Assembly (NCBI GenBank): GCA_035455205.1 | Contig: DATIFM010000008.1 | Span: forward strand, 13,146-77,145 | Source: Candidatus Bilamarchaeum sp. | GTDB taxonomy: Archaea > Micrarchaeota > Micrarchaeia > Anstonellales > Bilamarchaeaceae | DNA length: 64,000 nucleotides | Direction of reading: 5' to 3' | Part shown: positions 56,071 to 64,000 of the stretch, in pieces | How positions within the stretch are numbered: the stretch's first letter is position 1 | How the letters are laid out: the number at the start of each line of letters is the position of its first letter | The notes under the pieces: model-generated | Seen by the model: only the letters and a program-made list of their open reading frames with translations | Database searches by the model: none | What the model was told of the DNA's origin: nothing | Translations under genes and position numbers: made by a program

Positions 56071-57246
56071 ATGGCAAAATGGATGAATCCGACGGTCATA
56101 GGGGCATCGCTCACGAGCTTCCTGTCGGATTTCGGCCACGAATCAGTAACCGTCATGCTCCCCTCGTTCCTCGCGAGCCTCGGCGCGCCGGCGTATGCGC
56201 TCGGGCTTATAGAAGGCGTGAGCGACGGGCTTTCCAGTTTTGCCAAGCTAATCTCAGGATACTACTCGGACAAGCTAGGACGGCGCAGGGAGATAGCGAT
56301 ACTCGGCTACCTCGCAACCGGCATATTCCCGGCGTTCGTCGCAATCGCGACGTCCTGGCCGATGATACTTTTCGCGAGGGCGCTCGCGTGGTTCGGGAGG
56401 GGCGCAAGGGGCCCGCCCAAGGACGCGATTATTTCCAGCGCCGTCGAGGAAAAGGACCTCGGCAAGGCCTTCGGGTTCCACAGGACGGCTGACACCCTCG
56501 GGGCCATCATAGGCCCGCTGATGGCTTTCATGCTGGTTTCCGTCATGAGCCTGAATAACATATTCTGGCTCGCGGTCATACCCGGGACGCTTGCGGCGTT
56601 CGTCTTCTTTGCATTTGTCAGGGAGAAGCGCCCGGTTCCGGCCAAAAGCAGGGACGGGATAGTCGTTTCCCTTGCCGGCCTCCCGGGCAGGTTCAGGAAG
56701 TTCCTGCTCTCGGTGGGGATTTTCGGGATGGCCGACTTCTCGCACACGCTTCTCATATTCTTCGCGGTGAGCGAGCTCACTCCATCGATGGGATTCACGC
56801 AGGCGACTGCGATGGGGATACTGCTCTTCGGCCTCAGGAACGTTGCATATGCCCTGATGTGCTACCCTTTCGGCGCGCTAGGGGACAGGTTCGGGAGGAA
56901 ACGGGTTCTCGCCGCAGGGTATGCAGTCGCGGTCCTGACGTTCATCGGGTTCATGGTCGCTCCCCCGGACCTTGCGGCCTACGCCGTGCTGTTCGCGCTC
57001 GCGGGTGCGTTCATAGCTGCAGAGGACACGCTCGAGAACGCGGTGGCGGGGGAACTCGTGGAAAAGGAGAGGCGCGCGCTCGGGTATGGCGCGCTCGCGA
57101 CGGTCAACGGGGCCGGGGATTTCGTATCGAGCCTTGTAGTGGGCGCCCTCTGGACGGCTGCCGGCTTCGGGGCCGGATTCGCATTTTCTGCAGTCGTGGG
57201 GGCTGCAGGGGTTGCCGCGCTCGTCATAAGCAACGGCCGTGAATAA
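56071..57246 (+). CDS. MFS transporter
   Basis: About 12 TM segments; G.YSDKLGRR, G.G.R.PP.DA, G.LGDRFGRK. Confidence 0.92.
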   Translation: MAKWMNPTVIGASLTSFLSDFGHESVTVMLPSFLASLGAPAYALGLIEGVSDGLSSFAKLISGYYSDKLGRRREIAILGYLATGIFPAFVAIATSWPMILFARALAWFGRGARGPPKDAIISSAVEEKDLGKAFGFHRTADTLGAIIGPLMAFMLVSVMSLNNIFWLAVIPGTLAAFVFFAFVREKRPVPAKSRDGIVVSLAGLPGRFRKFLLSVGIFGMADFSHTLLIFFAVSELTPSMGFTQATAMGILLFGLRNVAYALMCYPFGALGDRFGRKRVLAAGYAVAVLTFIGFMVAPPDLAAYAVLFALAGAFIAAEDTLENAVAGELVEKERRALGYGALATVNGAGDFVSSLVVGALWTAAGFGAGFAFSAVVGAAGVAALVISNGRE

Positions 57247-57251
57247 AAAAA

Positions 57252-57350
57252 TCAGGGCGGGGTTTTTCCGCCCTCGAGGATGCTCTTTATCCTGTGCAGG
57301 ATTATCAGCTTCAGGAGCTCAGCCTCGTCCTCTGAAAGCCCGAATTCCAT
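57252..57350 (-). CDS. 32-aa small protein (missed by the ORF track)
   Basis: MEFGLSEDEAELLKLIILHRIKSILEGGKTPP*; GGTGA 4 nt before the ATG. Confidence 0.5.
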   Translation of the reverse strand: MEFGLSEDEAELLKLIILHRIKSILEGGKTPP

Positions 57351-57450
57351 ACATTCACCCCGCGATTCACGCGCAGCCGGGGAAAAAGAGCCTTGAGGAG
57401 GTATGCTGATTTCCCGGGCAATTTAAAAGCCGGAGCGGCAATTGAAGGCC

Positions 57451-57933
57451 ATGGACAAGGAGTTCCCGAAATACGTTCTTGTTTCGGTCCTGCTTTTCTT
57501 CGCAATCTTCCTCGCGGCACAGATGCTCCTGCCGCAGACGGTCCCGGAAGGGACGGATCTCCTGAATTACAGGTACACCGAGGACACGAGGCTCCAGCTC
57601 CATATCCATCCGTGGCTGGAAATCTGGATTGACGGGAAGAACGAGAGCATACCGGCGAACATCGGGATAGACGGGGGGGGCATCCGGGTAATCCACACCC
57701 ACGACGAGACAGGTAAAATACACGTGGAGTCTCCATGGCCCCACGAATTCTACCTGAAGGACTTTTTCTACATATGGGGCAAAAGGTTCGACAGCGAATG
57801 CATCTTCGAATTCTGCACTGACGCGAACCACACGCTCGATGTTTACGTGGACGGCGCGCGGAGCGGCCTCTACGGGGACATACCCCTCGAGGACGGGCAG
57901 AAGATAAAAATAGTGTATTCCGGGAGAAAATAA
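57451..57933 (+). CDS. Membrane-anchored His-motif protein (HxH...HTHD...IHVE)
   Basis: N-terminal TM segment; HIH, IHTHDETGKIHVES, LKDFF, YVDG. Confidence 0.8.
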   Translation: MDKEFPKYVLVSVLLFFAIFLAAQMLLPQTVPEGTDLLNYRYTEDTRLQLHIHPWLEIWIDGKNESIPANIGIDGGGIRVIHTHDETGKIHVESPWPHEFYLKDFFYIWGKRFDSECIFEFCTDANHTLDVYVDGARSGLYGDIPLEDGQKIKIVYSGRK

Positions 57934-57970
57934 CCCGGTGCGAGCCCTCAAGGGCGAGCAAACCGGAAAA

Positions 57971-58741
57971 CTAGACGTTGCAGACGGTGCCGGCGCAGGT
58001 CGATTCGTCCGAGGGCATGCCGCGCTCGGGGCATTTCTCGGACTGTATGCAGGCGCGGTCGCCGACCATTGAAAGCTGGTCTGCTATAGGCGCGGCCGGG
58101 TCGCCATAGGTTATAAGTATCCTGTCGAGGTCCTCGAAAACGTATTTTTCCATTGCAGGCTCGTCCTTCCACTCCCTTCCGTAGTGCTGGACGAACATGC
58201 GGAGAGCATTTTTTCCGTCATTGCAGAATGCCGCTTTCGCGTCGGTGACGAAGCAGGTCGAGTTGAACGTCATGTTGAGCGAGCCGAAGAACTCGGCCAG
58301 GGTCACGTTCCTTGCGTGGTGGTGGATGATTCCCCCGTCCATGTCGTGGAGGTGGACACGGCTGTTTACGACGTTGTCCTTCACGGACATGTACCTGGCC
58401 TGCGAGAAGTTGAAGGCAGTGCCGTTGAGGTAGACCATGAAATCCGCGTGCGTGTGGTACGGCACCGGGCCCGTGGGCTCCCGGGTGAGCGAGAGGATGA
58501 GGAATATCACGAAAACCGCGGCCACAGCGCCGGTGAGCAGCAGGAAGTTCCTCCTGAGCGGGGCCTTCAGGGGGAACATCGTGTAGAATACGTATGAGAG
58601 CGCGAGGAATATCAGCAGGGAGACCGTGAGCGCGGCCGGGTTGTCGAGGAGGATATCGAGCGGGGAGTGCTCCTCCGCAACCTCGCCGAGGTGCGCGAAA
58701 GCGGCGGAAATGAGCAATATGGAAAGGAGAAGGAGCCTCAT
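57971..58741 (-). CDS. Membrane His-motif protein (HxH...HLHD...IHHH) with a Cys-rich tail
   Basis: Signal plus two TM segments; HTHADF, VHLHDMDGGIIHHH, LAEFF, DRILITYG. Confidence 0.8.
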   Translation of the reverse strand: MRLLLLSILLISAAFAHLGEVAEEHSPLDILLDNPAALTVSLLIFLALSYVFYTMFPLKAPLRRNFLLLTGAVAAVFVIFLILSLTREPTGPVPYHTHADFMVYLNGTAFNFSQARYMSVKDNVVNSRVHLHDMDGGIIHHHARNVTLAEFFGSLNMTFNSTCFVTDAKAAFCNDGKNALRMFVQHYGREWKDEPAMEKYVFEDLDRILITYGDPAAPIADQLSMVGDRACIQSEKCPERGMPSDESTCAGTVCNV

Positions 58742-58751
58742 TGGAATCCCG

Positions 58752-59021
58752 TCAGGAAAGGTCGCGGTGAGTCTCGTACATGAACGCTGCCGGCTCGTGC
58801 TCCTTTGCGAGGCGCTGGATCACGAAGCCGAAAATCTCGGTAGAGTTGACCTCCTTGCGCCCCTTGAGGAATTTCTTCAAATCCGCGACTATCTTTGCGG
58901 CGATGTTCTCGCACAGCTTCTCGCCCACGCTGCAGTCCATGCAGGCGGCATAAACCGAGCCGTAAACCTTCTTTTCATCGAAAGTCTCCTTCTTTCCCCT
59001 TCGCTTCACCACCAGTGACAT
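58752..59021 (-). CDS. Stand-alone ATP-cone domain protein
   Basis: VVKRRGKKETFDEKKV...V.STEI...V...L. Confidence 0.85.
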   Translation of the reverse strand: MSLVVKRRGKKETFDEKKVYGSVYAACMDCSVGEKLCENIAAKIVADLKKFLKGRKEVNSTEIFGFVIQRLAKEHEPAAFMYETHRDLS

Positions 59022-59025
59022 TCCA

Positions 59026-59736
59026 TCAACCCAGATTTATCGTTCCGTTCGCTATGAGCATGAGGAGCCAGCCGAGCAGCACGAGCAGGATGCCTATCGC
59101 GAGGCGCATGTTCGCGCGGTTCGCCTGCTTCCACATCTGCATGTCGCTCACCTTGACCCCGATGAGGGTCGCCCCGAGAATCGCAAGCAGGGGCGCCACG
59201 AATATGACGTTGTATATCAGGAGGAGCCCGAACGCCGCGAGGTTGAAGTTCTGCGACAGCACGAGCGTGATAGCCAGGTATGGACCTCCGGTGCAGGGAA
59301 GCTCGACCCCGGCAACGAACGCTCCGAGGATTATCATGCTGAGTGGGTTGATGTTCTGCATCATCCGCTTGATGTCCTTCGAGCGCTCGGCAGGTATCGA
59401 GAGCGAAATGCCTTCGCCATACCAGAAGAAGTCCTTTATCTCGACGAGCGCGCCGAGGACCACGATGACTCCCACAGCAACCGAGATGTACTGCGCGGTC
59501 CAGAGAGGAATGACCGAAAGGAACAGTATGAGGCCGAGGCCTGCCAGGAGGTAGGTGACGTACACCGCCGCGACATAAATGCCCCCGTAGAACAAAAGCC
59601 TCTTGCGCAGCTCGCTGTTCGAAGCCATGAGGGCCACGAGAAGTATCATGACGCCTATCGCGCAGGGGTTGATGGAGTCTATCGCCGCGGTAACGAGGAC
59701 CGTGCCGAGCTGGGGGAGAGATGCATCGACCGCCAT
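59026..59736 (-). CDS. CcdA/DsbD-like transmembrane thiol-disulfide transporter
   Basis: About six TM segments; DSINPCA and ELPCTGGPY redox Cys motifs; YN.IFV.PL. Confidence 0.85.
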   Translation of the reverse strand: MAVDASLPQLGTVLVTAAIDSINPCAIGVMILLVALMASNSELRKRLLFYGGIYVAAVYVTYLLAGLGLILFLSVIPLWTAQYISVAVGVIVVLGALVEIKDFFWYGEGISLSIPAERSKDIKRMMQNINPLSMIILGAFVAGVELPCTGGPYLAITLVLSQNFNLAAFGLLLIYNVIFVAPLLAILGATLIGVKVSDMQMWKQANRANMRLAIGILLVLLGWLLMLIANGTINLG

Positions 59737-60488
59737 CAGGGTGGGCCTCCGATGTCCGCGTTTATGAGCGCGGCGGGCTTCTCGGTGAAGACCAGCTTGA
59801 TTCGGTCGATTTTCACCGGGCCGTTGTCTACGGTGTAGGGGGATATGACATAGCCCGGGCCGTCATCCACGGGCTCGCCGTTCACGAACGTGAGCCACCG
59901 GGCGCTCCTGCCGTTGCACAGGTCGCCGTCGCTCCAGGTCATCACGCCGTCGTTCGTGGGAAGCGTGAGGCTGTTGTTGTCGAAGTTGCCTCCGGCCTGC
60001 ACGAAGAAATTCCTCAGGCTGGCTTCCTCCTTCTTGAGAAGGACCCCCTCGACGTGGATGCGGTTGTCGTTGTGCTCGTGGACTACGGGGGTCCCGATGC
60101 GGTTCTCGATTCCCGTCGGGTCGATGAGCTCGTATTCCCGGTCGCAGGCCCAGACTTCGTAATCCGCATGCCAGTGGACGGGCCCCTTGGTCTCGGATAC
60201 GAGGTTCAGGTAGAGCGTGGAGCCTGCAAGGTATGCGGTGGCCGCGATTATTGGCGCCGAAATGAACAGATAAACGGTCTTCTTCGCCTGCTCGGAAGTG
60301 CTCTTGACGAAAATCGCGTAGAATATCGCGAGCCCTGAGACGAGCGAGGCGGCATAAACGGCGAAAAGCGGGTTCGGCAGGCCCAGGTAGCCCCACGGGT
60401 CGGCGTGGATGTTTTCAATCGAGCCGCCTTCCGCGCAGAACGAGAGGGCACTGAACGCAATCATGAGGAGTGCCGCACGGAATCGCAT
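59736..60488 (-). CDS. Membrane His-motif protein (HWH...HEHN...IHVE)
   Basis: Signal plus two TM segments; HWHADY, VHEHNDNRIHVEG, LRNFF, FVNG; TGATG-coupled to the CcdA-like gene. Confidence 0.8.
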   Translation of the reverse strand: MRFRAALLMIAFSALSFCAEGGSIENIHADPWGYLGLPNPLFAVYAASLVSGLAIFYAIFVKSTSEQAKKTVYLFISAPIIAATAYLAGSTLYLNLVSETKGPVHWHADYEVWACDREYELIDPTGIENRIGTPVVHEHNDNRIHVEGVLLKKEEASLRNFFVQAGGNFDNNSLTLPTNDGVMTWSDGDLCNGRSARWLTFVNGEPVDDGPGYVISPYTVDNGPVKIDRIKLVFTEKPAALINADIGGPP

Positions 60489-60538
60489 GAAAACCTAATG
60501 CTCCGAATATTTATATAATTTCTCTCGGCGTGGATTTT

Positions 60539-60946
60539 ATGGACGCATCGGGGATATTGAAGGAAGCGAGGACGGTTGCGGTCGTCGGGCTCTCGGACAA
60601 GCCCGAGAGGCCGAGCTACGATGTCGCGCTCTACCTGCAGAATCACGGCTACCGGGTAATCCCGGTCAACCCGATGATAAAGGAGTGGCGGGGGCTGAAA
60701 TCATACGCATCGCTCTCGGACATCCCCAAGTCCGAGAAAATCGACGTCGTCGACATTTTCCGCAAATCCGAGGACGTCCCTCCGATAGTCGACGAGGCCA
60801 TCAGGATAGGCGCGAGGGCGGTCTGGATGCAGCTCGGAATCGTGAACGAGGGGGCGGCGGGAAAGGCGCGGGAGGCCGGGCTCGAAGTGGTCATGGACAA
60901 ATGCATGAAAATAGAGCACGGAAGGATGCATGCGCCGGATATTTAA
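60539..60946 (+). CDS. CoA-binding protein (YccU-like)
   Basis: VAVVGLS.KP.RPS, GY.VIPVNP, DVVDIFR, VWMQLGI, VVMDKC. Confidence 0.92.
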   Translation: MDASGILKEARTVAVVGLSDKPERPSYDVALYLQNHGYRVIPVNPMIKEWRGLKSYASLSDIPKSEKIDVVDIFRKSEDVPPIVDEAIRIGARAVWMQLGIVNEGAAGKAREAGLEVVMDKCMKIEHGRMHAPDI

Positions 60947-60968
60947 TTGTTATATATGATATTAGAGC

Positions 60969-63281
60969 ATGGGTTTGCTTGATTTTGAGGCGGCCGGCCC
61001 CCAGCTGAAGAGAATCAAGATGAGCGAGCTCGACCCCGAGCTGCTCGACAAGGTGCTTGAACTCGCATGGGAGCACGGCGAAATTTCGATAACTTCTTCT
61101 ACGGACCTCGAATTCGTCTACCGGATTTACAAGGCCGAGAAGGCCAAGGACGAGAAGGGGCGAGAGCTGCTCAAGAAGGCCGAGGGCCTGATTGTGATGC
61201 TCGGCGCGCTCCACCACGACAGGGAGATGCAGGAGCGGAGGGAGCAGCGCACCCGCGACGAGAAGTCGAAGATGCCGCACCGCGCCCTCATGGAAGACGA
61301 AATAAACGTCGGGGCGAAGACGCGCGCGCTTTTCGGGTCCATCGGGATAGAGGACGAGAGGGAGATGCAGCTCGCTATCGGCCTACTCGGCGAGCGCAAG
61401 ATTGAGCAGCGCATCGCCCTGGCCAAGAAGTCTGCGCTCGGCGACAAGCTCCTTCGGAGCCTCTTTTCAGAGAACCCCGAGCTCATCAGGATAGCGAGGG
61501 ACGACGACTTCATCCAGGAACTGAGCGCCATAGAGAACAAGAGGGACATGATTGACCGGTGGAAGGAGACGAACAAGCTCCCGCTCCCGGTGTGGGCAGA
61601 CTACAACCAGTCGCCGAGCGTCCTCCTCGTGGAATATACGAACATGTACCGCGCCCTCGTGATAGGGATGGATGAGGGGCGCCTTGATGCCGGCCCCCGG
61701 AGCGCCGAGCAGGTTGTGAAGATGCTCAGGGAGATAGGCTTCACGATGCAGGAAAAGGACGGCGCGCTCATCATCAAGGGTCCGGACGGCAAGGCGATAA
61801 CGATACCCGAAGGCCCGTCCGAGATGCCGCACGCGATGGATGAGAGGAAGGCGTGGAACTGGCTCGTAGGAGGCGAGGAAGTGTCCCCGGGCGAGCAGGT
61901 CTCGACAGGCAAGATCCTGCGCACCGTCGAGTCGATAATCAGGAGCAAGGCTATGGCCGGGGACGAAGTCGATGTCATAGTTGTCACGGGCGACAAGAGG
62001 AAGCTGTCGCAGATAAACCAGCTCTTCGGCAGGAACTACGGCGACCACGCCCTCGATGCGTACAGGAAGATATTCGACATGGCAGTCACGGAGGCCGCGG
62101 GCAGGGGAACGCCGCACCTCATCAGGCCCTCCATGAGCGGGGACGAGACGATAGGCATAATCGTCGTCCAGAGGGGCGAGGGCGGGGAAGTGCGGGAGAA
62201 ACTAAGGCGGTGCCTGGAGGAGGCGACGTCGAGCGTGTTCAGGAAAATCAGCCAGCCGGGCACGGTGCTCGGGGGCGCGATGAAGTTGCTGCGCAACCCG
62301 AGGGATTCGGTGGAGGCGCTCATTGACATCAGCGAGCCGGTTTTCGTCAGGAATATAGAGGGTTCGGTGGTCGCGACGCGCCCGGACGGGAGCGACGCGA
62401 TGATAACGAGGCCCGACGGAATGCGCGAATTCCTCGCCGCGCAGGTAAGGACCACGGATGAGCAGGGCTCCGCGCGCCACGCACCGGCGCTGCGGAAGGC
62501 GCTCAATACGCCCACGAGCCCCCAGATAGAGAGCAGGACCGCGCTCATGGACGCGGACGAAAAGGCGAGCGGCGTCGCGTTCGAACTGAAGATGGCGGTC
62601 TCGGACCAGGCAATCCTCAATGAGATGCAGGCGCTCCTTCCGTTCACGGGCAAGGGTTTGTACGAGGTCGCCAGGAACTCGTTCGGCATCCGCGGGCTCA
62701 ACACGTTCCTCGGCCATTATGGCGCGAACGGCCTGATACAGGAGGTCGAGAACGCGGTCGGGGCATTCGGCGAGTCGGAAGGCCTGGATATCAGGCGCAC
62801 GGGGACGCTGAAATACGTAATCGAAAGCGGGACCGCGGAGCAGGCGGCCGCCCTCAAGTCGTTCGTGGACCGGAGGCTGGACGAATCCGGCATCGGCCTC
62901 AGGACCATCGTGAATCCCAAGGCCGTCCGCGACGCGACGCCTGCCGAAATCGAGGGGCAGATAGCGAACGGCCACCTCGGGCTCGAGTGGGCCAGCAATG
63001 ACTATGCGAACGCGAATGCCGCGATAAGCGCGATGGCCATCGGAAGCGACCTCGCGCTCGCCCAGATTCTCGGCCCGGGGAGCGGCCTCGATGGGGTAAC
63101 CGGCTTCATCAGGGGCCACCCCGAAGTCAGGAATTACCTCGACTTTTTCACGGCGGTCCGGAGCGAGGGGATTTCCGGTTCGGACGGGCAGGAGCTCGAG
63201 AGGCAGTTCTCGGCGTTCATACGCACGCGCGGGAACGAATTCGCCTCCCGCCTCGAATCAGTGCGCGCCCAGCCGGCCTGA
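60969..63281 (+). CDS. Multidomain protein: unknown N-terminal module, HicA-like domain and two GGDEF-like domains
   Basis: GDKRKLSQINQLFGRNYGDHAL...R...SGDET; second copy GLNTFLGHYGANGLI; SAEQVVKMLREIGF...LIIKGPDGKAITIP. Confidence 0.65.
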   Translation: MGLLDFEAAGPQLKRIKMSELDPELLDKVLELAWEHGEISITSSTDLEFVYRIYKAEKAKDEKGRELLKKAEGLIVMLGALHHDREMQERREQRTRDEKSKMPHRALMEDEINVGAKTRALFGSIGIEDEREMQLAIGLLGERKIEQRIALAKKSALGDKLLRSLFSENPELIRIARDDDFIQELSAIENKRDMIDRWKETNKLPLPVWADYNQSPSVLLVEYTNMYRALVIGMDEGRLDAGPRSAEQVVKMLREIGFTMQEKDGALIIKGPDGKAITIPEGPSEMPHAMDERKAWNWLVGGEEVSPGEQVSTGKILRTVESIIRSKAMAGDEVDVIVVTGDKRKLSQINQLFGRNYGDHALDAYRKIFDMAVTEAAGRGTPHLIRPSMSGDETIGIIVVQRGEGGEVREKLRRCLEEATSSVFRKISQPGTVLGGAMKLLRNPRDSVEALIDISEPVFVRNIEGSVVATRPDGSDAMITRPDGMREFLAAQVRTTDEQGSARHAPALRKALNTPTSPQIESRTALMDADEKASGVAFELKMAVSDQAILNEMQALLPFTGKGLYEVARNSFGIRGLNTFLGHYGANGLIQEVENAVGAFGESEGLDIRRTGTLKYVIESGTAEQAAALKSFVDRRLDESGIGLRTIVNPKAVRDATPAEIEGQIANGHLGLEWASNDYANANAAISAMAIGSDLALAQILGPGSGLDGVTGFIRGHPEVRNYLDFFTAVRSEGISGSDGQELERQFSAFIRTRGNEFASRLESVRAQPA

Positions 63282-63314
63282 AACAATTATATTCAGCGGC
63301 AGGGATACACATGC

Positions 63315-64000
63315 ATGGACATCGACCCGGATATCAGCGTCTTGCGGAAGATGAAGCTTTCCAGCATCGAGCCCGCCCTGGCCAATGAGATAATCGAATT
63401 CGCACAGAGCGTCGGCTATGAGGCCACAATCACGTCCGACACCAGCCTCGGGTTCCTCGTGAAGATATACAAGGCCGAACGCGCGAAAGAGAGGCGGGGG
63501 AGGAAGGCCCTCCAGAAAGCGGAGAATCTCATCCTGAAGCTTTCCTCACTCCATTTAGAGCAGCACCAGCGGGAGAATCAGAGGCGGAAAGCCGAGCGTG
63601 CGAAGAAGATTCCCTTGCACGAGCCGGAAATAGAGATTCCTGTGTCGAAGAAGACGAAGGAGCTCTTCGAATCCATAGGAATCAAAGACGAGAAGTTCAT
63701 GATGGCGGCAGTAGGCATGCTGGGCGAGAAGGAAGCCGGGGAGAGGGTTGCGCTGGTCCATGCCACGTCGCTGGGAAAGGAACTCGCGCAGAGGGTTTTC
63801 GGGGAGTATCCTGAGGTGCTCCTCGTGATGCCGGACTCGGAGTTCATTTCCGAGCTCGAAGCGATGGAGAACAAGAAGTACATTATTGACATCAGGAAGG
63901 CTGACACGGAGAGGCCGGTCCCAATATGGGCAGACTACGAGAACGCGCCGGGAATACTCCTTGACAGCTATGCGGACATCGAGCGCCTCCTCGAGTTGCA
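63315..64000 (+). CDS. Paralog of 60969-63281 (N-terminal module; truncated by the window end)
   Basis: Hand translation MDIDPDISVLRKMKLSSIEPAL...IYKAERAK...LFESIGIKDE...LGEK...ENKK..ID...P.PIWADY...P.ILL, open to the window end. Confidence 0.85.
   Translation, partial: MDIDPDISVLRKMKLSSIEPALANEIIEFAQSVGYEATITSDTSLGFLVKIYKAERAKERRGRKALQKAENLILKLSSLHLEQHQRENQRRKAERAKKIPLHEPEIEIPVSKKTKELFESIGIKDEKFMMAAVGMLGEKEAGERVALVHATSLGKELAQRVFGEYPEVLLVMPDSEFISELEAMENKKYIIDIRKADTERPVPIWADYENAPGILLDSYADIERLLEL

Noticed and set aside
57519..57534. 16-bp exact match (ACAGATGCTCCTGCCG) to the tRNA-Glu 3' end at 32825-32840, a possible att site
   Set aside because: It lies inside an intact CDS, on the upstream side of the tRNA, with core genes in between and no integrase. 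It is plausibly a chance match.

Overview
This is a GC-rich, gene-dense chromosomal segment of an archaeon, most likely DPANN Micrarchaeota (inference). The archaeal signs are intron-containing tRNAs with bulge-helix-bulge geometry, RtcB plus archease, TATA boxes about 23 nt before starts, GGTGA ribosome-binding sites and Cys-rich DSDGG-repeat surface proteins. Metabolic content: a split and rearranged glutamate-synthase-like operon with a GNAT, a nitrilase and an APC permease; a lone SdhA/FrdA; a 2-oxoacid elongation operon (LeuA/HCS, LeuC, LeuD, LeuB-like); and an ArcE-like arginine synthetase divergent from carbamate kinase. There are also bacterial-type signalling proteins (two FGE-domain lipoproteins with a Hanks kinase, and a PP2C phosphatase) and many small accessory genes. 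The most striking observations are: (1) introns of two different tRNAs (Glu-CTC, 102 nt; Asn-GTT, 52 nt) built from the same palindromic repeat, with related hairpins flanking the tRNAs; (2) a tandem paralog pair sharing an unknown ~230-aa N-terminal module, one carrying a HicA-like and two GGDEF-like domains; (3) a ~0.95-kb mini-island bounded by a direct repeat of the tRNA-Asn 3' end; (4) three HxH...HxH(D/N)...IH membrane proteins clustered with a CcdA-like protein. I found no CRISPR array, integrase, transposase or rRNA. All family calls come from motif recognition, not database searches.
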